A stretch of 64,000 nt of DNA. It comes from Bacteroidetes bacterium UBA7662 (GTDB lineage Bacteria > Bacteroidota > Bacteroidia > UBA7662). Shown piece by piece: positions 56,744 through 64,000 of the stretch (positions are counted from its first letter, which is position 1; the number at the start of each line of letters is the position of its first letter). The position numbers and the translations under genes were made by a program. A model generated the notes under the pieces. It did no database searches. It was given only the letters and a program-made list of their open reading frames with translations, and was not told the DNA's origin. The stretch lies in contig DLHS01000015.1 of assembly GCA_002483345.1 (NCBI GenBank), forward strand, positions 41,117 through 105,116, in the 5' to 3' direction.

Positions 56744-58249
56744 GCAGCTTTGAATCTGTAGCATGGCCTCCGGCAGGTAATGGACGATATCTCGGGCCAG
56801 GAGCGATTCCTGGCCTTTTTTATGTGCTGCCAGATCTCCTGCCAAACCATGCAGGTAAACACCTGCCAGCGCAGCCTGTTCCGGCGGCAAACCCTTTGCC
56901 AGCAGACCAAGCAGTATACCACAGAGCACATCTCCGCTGCCAGCTGTTGCCATGCCCGGATTACCTGTCGGGTTCACATAAAGTCGCTTATCAGGTAAAC
57001 AAATAAAGGTGTAGCGGTTTTTTAAGATCAGGATACAGGTGTGCCTGACTGCAAACTCCCGGCTGGTTTCCAGCAAAGTGGGCCAGTCAGCCATTTTGCC
57101 AAGTAAACGTTCGCATTCGGCTTTGTGTGGGGTAAGCAGGCTGTGGGCAGGCAGGTGGTTGAGGAGATGGGGGTGGAGTGAGAGCAGATTAAGCGCGTCC
57201 GCATCGAGTACCAGTGGTGTTGACTGAGATTCCAACCAGGCTGTAAAGGCAAGCGCGGTATCAGAGACAGTGTCAAGGCCTGGCCCTGCCCCCAAGCCAC
57301 TGTATTTACCATCGGAGGGTGCTGATGTCCAGCGTTCCGGATGAGAATCAGGACTGACCATGGCTTCCGGAACAGCGCTCTGGAGTGGCGATATACATTG
57401 TGTGGGGACATGCACGGTAATCTTACCACAACCTACCCGCAAAGCTGCTTCAGCTGCCAGTATTGCCGCTCCGGTCTTCCCATAACTACCCGCCAGCAGT
57501 AAGGCATGTCCGAAATCTCCCTTGTGTGAAAATTCACTCCGGGGAGGGAAAACCGTTTTTACATCTTCCTGCTCAGTAAGAAATGCCCAGGGAGGGGTTG
57601 TTGCACTGAAAGTAGCGGATAATCCGATGTTCAGTACTTTTGCCTTTCCGACAAAAACTGCGTTTTCGGCAAACAACATGGCTGGTTTGAGGCTTTGGAA
57701 AGTGAAGGTATGATCTGCTTTAACCGCCAATCCTTTAAAAACGGTAGCTTCCACGGCCATTCCACTGGGGACATCCAGCGCTATCACGTCGCCCGGATGC
57801 CGGTTAATAGCCTCTACCCAGGCTTTGAGAGCTCCTTCAAGGGGACGATTGGTGCCGGTGCCCAACAACGCATCTATGACGACACTTTCCGGTTGCCGGG
57901 AGAGCATAACAGGTTCCTCTGCATGGAAGAGTATGCCCGGCTGTCTGGATTGCACCCATGCCAGCGCCTCCTGTCGTTCAGAACTTGCCCTGATACCGGA
58001 GGCAGGCATAAATATTTTGACCGTATATCCTTTTTCATGCAGATAAAGACCTGTTAACAGGCCGTCTCCGCCATTGTTTCCCTGACCACAAACTAACTGA
58101 ACAGTCGTTTGTGTATCGTATTGAAGTACAAATTGTCTTACAAAAGCAGCACAGGCGCGCTTCATCAGGTCGAAGGAACCGATTTGCTGCTCCTTTAAGC
58201 TGTACGCATCCCATGCTTTGATACCTTCCGCCAGGTAAATAGCTTTCAT
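56705..58249 (-). CDS. nnr: bifunctional NAD(P)H-hydrate epimerase / ADP-dependent dehydratase (YjeF N+C)
   Basis: YjeF_N GQGNNGGDG motif, C-terminal carbohydrate-kinase-like domain GSGDVLCG. Confidence 0.85.
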   Translation of the reverse strand: MKAIYLAEGIKAWDAYSLKEQQIGSFDLMKRACAAFVRQFVLQYDTQTTVQLVCGQGNNGGDGLLTGLYLHEKGYTVKIFMPASGIRASSERQEALAWVQSRQPGILFHAEEPVMLSRQPESVVIDALLGTGTNRPLEGALKAWVEAINRHPGDVIALDVPSGMAVEATVFKGLAVKADHTFTFQSLKPAMLFAENAVFVGKAKVLNIGLSATFSATTPPWAFLTEQEDVKTVFPPRSEFSHKGDFGHALLLAGSYGKTGAAILAAEAALRVGCGKITVHVPTQCISPLQSAVPEAMVSPDSHPERWTSAPSDGKYSGLGAGPGLDTVSDTALAFTAWLESQSTPLVLDADALNLLSLHPHLLNHLPAHSLLTPHKAECERLLGKMADWPTLLETSREFAVRHTCILILKNRYTFICLPDKRLYVNPTGNPGMATAGSGDVLCGILLGLLAKGLPPEQAALAGVYLHGLAGDLAAHKKGQESLLARDIVHYLPEAMLQIQSCLLPETGGHDQLF

Positions 58250-58977
58250 GTTTTTAAACGGCGTATAATCCGCAACTGGTGGCTGTACTGTCCGTTGGCT
58301 TTGTTGAAGATGCCCTGGTGGTCGAATAAATCGATGCGTACCTGGCCTGAAGCATGCAGTATTTCGCTTTCATTGAGTAATAAGCCTACATGTACGATAC
58401 GGCCCTCCGCATTGTCAAAAAAGGCTAAATCTCCTGCCCTTGCTTCTGCTACGAGGTGTACCATATCACCCAGCTCAGCCTGTTGCCAGGCATCCCGTGG
58501 GAGTTTTTTGCCATACATTTTGAATATCTGCTGCATCAGACCGGAACAATCAATGCCAAAGATGCTTTTACCTCCCCATAAATAGGGGGTGTTCAGGTAT
58601 AATCTGCCCGTCGCCTCGAGGCTTTTGGGGTTGTATGGCTGTGAATTCATACGACCCGGTATCAAACTGCCATGCGGCACCAGCATGGGTCCATCCGGCG
58701 TTTCTATTTTCTGAACCTGCTCCGTAACCCATGCCAGATGTTCAGAGTCATGTGTACTGTATTGTTTGTTGTCGATCCACCCTTCATAATCGTCCTCACC
58801 CTTTACCAGACTCCATTTAGCTTGTTTATCCAACACGCTGATTGATTCGCCATATAGTAACTGGCTTATTTGTTCACTTCGGTCGGAAGGTTCCCGACGC
58901 ATAGGAACCACGGGCAGATGGCAGTAGAAACTCATGGATACGAATTTGAGAAAAATAAAAAAGGCCTGTGCATCCAC
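58246..58977 (-). CDS. NlpC/P60 (C40) family peptidase with N-terminal SH3-like domain
   Basis: YLWGGKSIFGIDCSGLMQQIF catalytic Cys, downstream His (IVHVGL). Confidence 0.75.
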   Translation of the reverse strand: MDAQAFFIFLKFVSMSFYCHLPVVPMRREPSDRSEQISQLLYGESISVLDKQAKWSLVKGEDDYEGWIDNKQYSTHDSEHLAWVTEQVQKIETPDGPMLVPHGSLIPGRMNSQPYNPKSLEATGRLYLNTPYLWGGKSIFGIDCSGLMQQIFKMYGKKLPRDAWQQAELGDMVHLVAEARAGDLAFFDNAEGRIVHVGLLLNESEILHASGQVRIDLFDHQGIFNKANGQYSHQLRIIRRLKT

Positions 58978-59005
58978 AGGCCTTTTTGTTTTCTAAAAGT
59001 TTCGC

Positions 59006-60697
59006 TTAACGGATGGCTACCTTGAAGTAGTCCTGGTTGTGGTGCTTCAGGAACTCAGCGTCATTTTTAGCCATTTCACGACCATTGGCGTCAAGGGCAA
59101 TGGAACGGGTGAGGCCGGTAGTCATCATATCACGGTTGTCGGTGCGTGCACCGATGATGGCTTTAAGGTAGTGACCCGCTGCATCAAGGTTCTGGATAGC
59201 ATCCAGTTCTTTCTGAGCAGCCGGGTAGTTTTTGTTCAATACATAAGCCAGGGCCTTGTTGTAACCTGCATCCAGTTTGCGGAGGGCGAGGTCGTAATCA
59301 CCGGCACGTACAGCTACTACACCTGCATTGTGGTCGGTATTCACACCCGCATTGGTTGCTTTTGTGAAGAATTCTTTTGCTTTTTTGTGGTCACCTTCTT
59401 TACCGGCGAGTACACCCTGGTTGTTCAGAACTTCTGCTGCGTCTGTATTGGCAGCTGATGCGTTGGCCAGATGCGCACGGGCACCATTGAGGTCGTTGTT
59501 GTTCAAGGCCATTGCAGCCAGGTTGTTGAAGCTGCGGTAATCAGCAGGATAAGCTTTGCCGGCATTGGTGAGGATAGTGGTGCGGTCAGCATCGTTGGTG
59601 GCGATACGGGCGGCTTTCATGTATTCATTGGCAGAAAGCGCAGAATCACTGTTGATGGCCAGCTTGAGCAGGGTGGTATCGTCTTTTACCGGCTCAACAG
59701 CTTTGATGACCATTTCAGCACGACGCAATTGCGGAAGATATTTATCAGCCAATACTTTGTAAGCAGCGGTTAACTGACGGAGGTCAGCCTGTTTCTCTTC
59801 GCTCGACTTGCCACTGTTGATAACAGCGATTACTTCGTCTTTGTTAGGGATGTTTTCATTCTGAATCAAACCAAGGAGACCGTTCCAGTCTTCTGTAGCG
59901 GTTTCTTCTTTGTAGAAATTGTCATCGTACAATTTGGTCATACCTTTTTTGCCGATGAGGGTTTTGAAAACAAAGTCGTTGGCACCTTTGGCACGCTGGT
60001 CAGCCAGCTTATCGTTGCGTTGCAACTCTCCGTCCGGCGAAGCATAACCATTGATAACGATTTCACGAATCTGATAACCCTTTTGCATGAAGTCAGCCAT
60101 CGCCTGGATTTCAGCTTTTTTCTTCTCAGAATTACGGACATCCGACTGGTTGATAAGGAAGAAAATGGTAGCGCTTTGCTGAACCGGTACTTCCTTGAAG
60201 TTATCGGCGGCCATCGCTGCTTTATAATCTGCCTTCAGGCGCTGTGCTGTTACAATCGTACCATCTGCCAGCTTGACGGCAGGGAAATCAACCGATTTTT
60301 TTCCTACGGCTACATTTACTTTGGCAGTGAGCTCAGCTTTTTCCATGCCTTTTTTGTAGGCAAGAGCACCTGAACTGCTGAAAGTACCACCTGTCGCGTT
60401 GGCGACGGTACGACCGGCACCTTCGGCACTTTCGCCTTTGAATTTAACCGGAGCCAATTCAACATTGTTACCCGCATAGTTTAATACCGGCGTTGCAGTA
60501 AGGACTGCTTTTTTGTCGAAGTATTTAGGGCCAAAAGTGATTTTATTGACGAAGCTGACACTGTCACCACGGAGTTCAAGTACTTGTGGTTCGGTGCTGT
60601 AGCTTACGCCACCCGGATTTTTGAGCATTTTGCTGCTGCAACCAGCGGCGATTCCGCCCAGGATCAAGAGTGCTGCAATCGATTTTTGAAGATTCAT
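59006..60697 (-). CDS. lipoprotein with OmpA-like segment and C-terminal TPR-like repeats
   Basis: Lipobox LILGGIAAGCSS; VINGYASPDGELQRNDKLADQRA resembles the OmpA-type peptidoglycan-binding core; Ala/Asn-rich TPR-like C-terminus. Confidence 0.5.
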   Translation of the reverse strand: MNLQKSIAALLILGGIAAGCSSKMLKNPGGVSYSTEPQVLELRGDSVSFVNKITFGPKYFDKKAVLTATPVLNYAGNNVELAPVKFKGESAEGAGRTVANATGGTFSSSGALAYKKGMEKAELTAKVNVAVGKKSVDFPAVKLADGTIVTAQRLKADYKAAMAADNFKEVPVQQSATIFFLINQSDVRNSEKKKAEIQAMADFMQKGYQIREIVINGYASPDGELQRNDKLADQRAKGANDFVFKTLIGKKGMTKLYDDNFYKEETATEDWNGLLGLIQNENIPNKDEVIAVINSGKSSEEKQADLRQLTAAYKVLADKYLPQLRRAEMVIKAVEPVKDDTTLLKLAINSDSALSANEYMKAARIATNDADRTTILTNAGKAYPADYRSFNNLAAMALNNNDLNGARAHLANASAANTDAAEVLNNQGVLAGKEGDHKKAKEFFTKATNAGVNTDHNAGVVAVRAGDYDLALRKLDAGYNKALAYVLNKNYPAAQKELDAIQNLDAAGHYLKAIIGARTDNRDMMTTGLTRSIALDANGREMAKNDAEFLKHHNQDYFKVAIR

Positions 60698-60850
60698 AAC
60701 TATGTGAGTTTGTTTTTGCCTGTAAAGAGGGACAAGTTATTAATTTTGATGCAAATATATTGAATCGAATATTAAACAGCGAAAGAAACAGTAAAGGTTA
60801 CAATAGTTTAAAACCCTTGCTATTTTGCAGTTGTATAGCCCCTTGAACCC

Positions 60851-61546
60851 ATGTCCGAAGCAGCAGAAAAGGTAATCAGCGTATCAGGAGTAGACATTTA
60901 CCAGCAGAAAAACCTGGTCCTGCACGATTTGAATTTTGAAATTGCCAGTGGTGAATTCGTTTATCTCATTGGCAAAACAGGAGCAGGAAAAAGTTCTTTG
61001 CTTAAAACCCTCTATGGCGATCTTCCCCTGATGAAAGGGAACATCAATATAGGAGGCATAGCATTGTTTGGCATCAAACAAAAAAGCATTCCGCAACTCC
61101 GCCGGAAGCTGGGGATTGTCTTTCAGGATTTTCAGTTGCTTACCGACCGTACCATCAAGGAAAATCTTTTGTTTGTACTCAGGGCAACCGGCTGGAAAGA
61201 TAAAAAGGCCATGCAGGCCCGCATTGATGAAGTATTGCAGTTGGTTGGTTTACCAACCAAAGATTTCAAAATGCCCCATGAACTCAGCGGAGGAGAGCAA
61301 CAACGTATTGTGATTGCCCGTGCGCTCCTGAACGATCCTGAAATCATCCTGGCCGATGAGCCAACCGGAAATCTTGATCCGGACACGTCTTCAGATACCA
61401 TGAAACTGCTGATAGAAGTCAGCAGGAAATCCAATACGGCGGTACTTATGGCCACCCATGATTATATGATCATCGAACGTTTCCCCGCCCGCCTCCTCAA
61501 GTGTGAAGACGGTCAGGTGAAGGATTTAGGTGGCATATTGTTCTGA
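60851..61546 (+). CDS. ftsE: FtsE-like ABC transporter ATP-binding protein
   Basis: Walker A GKTGAGKSS, signature LSGGEQQR, Walker B ILADEPTGNLD. Confidence 0.75.
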   Translation: MSEAAEKVISVSGVDIYQQKNLVLHDLNFEIASGEFVYLIGKTGAGKSSLLKTLYGDLPLMKGNINIGGIALFGIKQKSIPQLRRKLGIVFQDFQLLTDRTIKENLLFVLRATGWKDKKAMQARIDEVLQLVGLPTKDFKMPHELSGGEQQRIVIARALLNDPEIILADEPTGNLDPDTSSDTMKLLIEVSRKSNTAVLMATHDYMIIERFPARLLKCEDGQVKDLGGILF

Positions 61547-61547
61547 A

Positions 61548-62450
61548 ATGCAGCTTTCGGTGCTGATACCGGTGTACCGGCTGGATGCAGGTGAGTTGCT
61601 GCAGCGTCTGCACACCCAACTGGAGGCTGCCGGTATTTCCTATGAAATCCTGGTGTTCGACGACAGTGGGGCTGTTGCTCACTATCACTGGCATGCTGCT
61701 GTCAGCTACATCCAACAGCTTACCATTTACAGCGATACCGGAAATAAGGGGAGAAGCAGTGCCAGAAACCATTTGCTGAGCAAAGCCAGCGGGAATTATG
61801 TGCTTTTTCTGGATGGAGACATGGCGATAAATGAGGGTTTTATCTCCGCTTACCTCCGGGAAGCGGAGGTATACCCGGATACGGTATTGCTGGGAGGCAT
61901 CCGATATGAAGGCGATGAGCGATTTCTACGTGTAAGGGTTGGAAAGGTACGGGAAGCCTTGCCGGCGAACATCCGTCAGCAATTTCCGTTTCGTTCTTTT
62001 ACGGTTGCCAATGCGCTTCTGCCACGGCATGTCCTTTCCGATCTCAGGTTCGATGAGTCTATCAAAGGGTATGGGCACGAGGATACCCTGTTCGGCCTTC
62101 ATTTGCAGGACAAAGGGGTAAAAATCAAACACCTGGATAATCCGGCCGTCCATACAGGTATTGATGATGACCAGGTTTTTCTAAGGAAAACCGACGCTGC
62201 ACTGGAAACACTGGCAGGCCTGTACCACCAAAAGGTACTTTTATCCCGGCATGTGCGTGAAATTAGATTGCTTCATCTCTGGCAGCGGCTGCATGCTTTC
62301 AGGATACCTGGTTTATTTGCCGGAATCATTCCGCTCAGTTGGCTGAAGACGCGTGTTCTGAAAAATAGCTCCCTGTACTGGTTTGACTTATACAAACTCC
62401 ACCGGCTTCATAGTTTTCTGAAACAAAAACAGCCTCAAAGCAGCTTGTAA
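61548..62450 (+). CDS. glycosyltransferase family 2
   Basis: LSVLIPVYR...FDDSG...FLDGDM (DxD). Confidence 0.7.
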   Translation: MQLSVLIPVYRLDAGELLQRLHTQLEAAGISYEILVFDDSGAVAHYHWHAAVSYIQQLTIYSDTGNKGRSSARNHLLSKASGNYVLFLDGDMAINEGFISAYLREAEVYPDTVLLGGIRYEGDERFLRVRVGKVREALPANIRQQFPFRSFTVANALLPRHVLSDLRFDESIKGYGHEDTLFGLHLQDKGVKIKHLDNPAVHTGIDDDQVFLRKTDAALETLAGLYHQKVLLSRHVREIRLLHLWQRLHAFRIPGLFAGIIPLSWLKTRVLKNSSLYWFDLYKLHRLHSFLKQKQPQSSL

Positions 62451-63517
62451 AAGCGGATTAACGTCTCTTCTTCTTTCTCCCAAATCCATGCTGCGGAGGC
62501 TTTACGGCAGTTTTGCTGCAAAGCTGCATATTTTGAGGTGTCATTTTTAAGGCTTTCGATGGCCGAAACCAGTGTATTTAGCTGTAGTTCAGGTAACAAG
62601 ACTGCAACCTCATGAACGGCATTCAGCCTTTGATATTCAGGGAAATCCATACTCAGCTGTGGCACAGCTGCCTGTACATAATCGAAGAATTTATTGGCCA
62701 GCGAGTAGTAGTAATTAGGCGACCATGCTTCCAGCAGATTTACCCCCAGCCAGGCCTTTTGGGTGTAAGTGGTAAGTTCAGCAGCTTTCAAAGGCCCTGT
62801 GAAGCGCACCAGATCTCCCAAATCAGCTCGTGAGACCTGTTTGTGCAGCAGGGTTTCCAAATCGCCGCCTCCTGCAATGACACAGGGAATGCCGGTGATT
62901 TTAACAGCTTCCAGAAGCATTTCCAGGCCACGACCGGCATTCAAGGCTCCCTGATAGAGCAGGTAGCCTGCTGAAACGTTTGTATCCGGAACCGCCTGAG
63001 CCAGGGGCATGTTGCGAATCACTTCAAAACGGATACCATAGCGGTTAAAATACCAGTCGGCGAGTGACTGGTTAACGGTGTAGGCATATTTGAGTTTGGA
63101 AACCAAAAACTGTTCTAATCTGAGCCATATCTTCCTGATGACTGGCCTGTGAATGAGTTCCGGGACCTCGGTATAAAGCTCATGGGCATCAAATACCAAT
63201 ATTTTGCCCCTCAGACGGGCAGCAAGCCAGGCCCCGGGGAGACTGTCTAAATCGGCAGCACTGATGATATCTGATTTGCTGAAAAGGAGGGTCAGAAACA
63301 GCCGGATATTAAATTCAGCATAGAAAAAAGGACCTTTATGGCACCGGAGTTTCATTCTTTTAGCCAAAAAAGGGGTGTGCGAAAGCGGCTGGCTGGCTGG
63401 CTTTTCGCGTCCGAGCAAAGTCACCGCATACCCTGCTTTATACAGGCTGCCTGCAATCCGCAGCATCCGCTGATCGTGATTTAAATCGGTAGTTACAGTC
63501 AGAATGATGCGTTTCAT
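62435..63517 (-). CDS. glycosyltransferase family 1
   Basis: GT1 C-terminal domain with conserved Gly-rich / E-x7-E-like region; 360 aa. Confidence 0.75.
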   Translation of the reverse strand: MKRIILTVTTDLNHDQRMLRIAGSLYKAGYAVTLLGREKPASQPLSHTPFLAKRMKLRCHKGPFFYAEFNIRLFLTLLFSKSDIISAADLDSLPGAWLAARLRGKILVFDAHELYTEVPELIHRPVIRKIWLRLEQFLVSKLKYAYTVNQSLADWYFNRYGIRFEVIRNMPLAQAVPDTNVSAGYLLYQGALNAGRGLEMLLEAVKITGIPCVIAGGGDLETLLHKQVSRADLGDLVRFTGPLKAAELTTYTQKAWLGVNLLEAWSPNYYYSLANKFFDYVQAAVPQLSMDFPEYQRLNAVHEVAVLLPELQLNTLVSAIESLKNDTSKYAALQQNCRKASAAWIWEKEEETLIRFYKLL

Positions 63518-64000
63518 GAAGCCCAGCTTAGCATTTCTTTTTCCGACTGCCGGATAACATCCTGTTCAATCAGCCATCGCACAACTTCCAAAACTACCTT
63601 TTTATTGTCGTATGCGATGGAATCTACCAAGACGTTCAATTTCATGGGGTTGACAAGTTTTTCCTGCAGCAGGGGTTTAAGCATTGCCAGCGTTTCAGGG
63701 TCGATGCTATCCTGGTGCAGTTGCAGGCAGTAATCACATTGTCCGCAACTTTTACTTTCGGTTTCGCCAAAATACGCCATCAGCACCTGACTCCGGCATT
63801 GGGTGGTAGTCCCGGCATAGTGCAGCGCAGCATCGAGCTTTTCCCGGCGGTCATTTTTGAGTAGTTCGTATTTTTCAGGAGGCAGCAGGAGATGTTCTTC
63901 TGCAAGTCGTTCCTCAAGAAAGGTAATGGTTGGTTTATCTGTCCGGGGAACATAATCAACCAGTTCAAATTGTTGCAGTTTGAGCAACAGACTCCTGATC
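63514..64000 (-). CDS. RecQ-family DNA helicase, C-terminal part (partial; continues beyond window end)
   Basis: RecQ zinc-binding subdomain CRSQVLMAYFGE...CGQCDYC; the ORF runs off the window edge on the minus strand. Confidence 0.55.
   Translation of the reverse strand, partial: IRSLLLKLQQFELVDYVPRTDKPTITFLEERLAEEHLLLPPEKYELLKNDRREKLDAALHYAGTTTQCRSQVLMAYFGETESKSCGQCDYCLQLHQDSIDPETLAMLKPLLQEKLVNPMKLNVLVDSIAYDNKKVVLEVVRWLIEQDVIRQSEKEMLSWAS

Noticed and set aside
60698-60850. Candidate TAnnTTTG promoter box in the divergent region before the ftsE-like gene
   Set aside because: The closest match (CTATTTTGC) is one T short of the consensus, so it was not reported.
1-64000. CRISPR arrays, restriction-modification, toxin-antitoxin or other defence islands
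   Set aside because: No regularly spaced direct repeats with unique spacers. No methyltransferase/endonuclease pairs or small TA-like gene pairs were recognisable.

Overview
This 64-kb window looks like a Bacteroidetes chromosome segment of about 50% GC. The phylum call rests on several T9SS C-terminal sorting domains, TAnnTTTG-type -7 promoter boxes, a tmRNA whose tag peptide ends ...GENNYALAA, and GWxTD and SBBP proteins. Most of the window is densely packed housekeeping genes: guaA, gmhB, mtaB, ftcD, asnB-like, aroQ, xerD, fsa/tal, accC-type biotin carboxylase, a carboxyltransferase, ccmBCD, gdh, nnr, hbd, ssb and ftsE-like. There are also several cell-envelope/polysaccharide gene groups and three T9SS cargo proteins. 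Two RNA genes are clear: tRNA-His(GTG) at 23882..23958 and tmRNA (ssrA) at 40129..40498, each followed by a hairpin terminator. The most unusual items are listed here.
1. A chromosomal ParM/AlfA-like actin-fold ATPase whose phosphate-1 beta-hairpin sits at the C-terminal end instead of the N-terminus (apparent circular permutation), followed by a disordered tail.
2. An operon encoding a secreted tri-domain protein (PSCyt1 cytochrome c + DBH/PHM-like copper monooxygenase + T9SS CTD) together with a TlpA-like redoxin, an SDR and gmhB.
3. A family of MITE/REP-like inverted-repeat elements with core GAGAGGCGAGAC, present at three intergenic junctions, two of them bracketing a merR gene.
4. A lower-GC segment immediately downstream of ssrA.
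5. A DUF2975/XRE pair with a triple 23-bp operator overlapping its promoter.
6. A candidate small structured RNA in the tal-upstream intergenic region.
No CRISPR arrays, IS elements or phage genes were seen.
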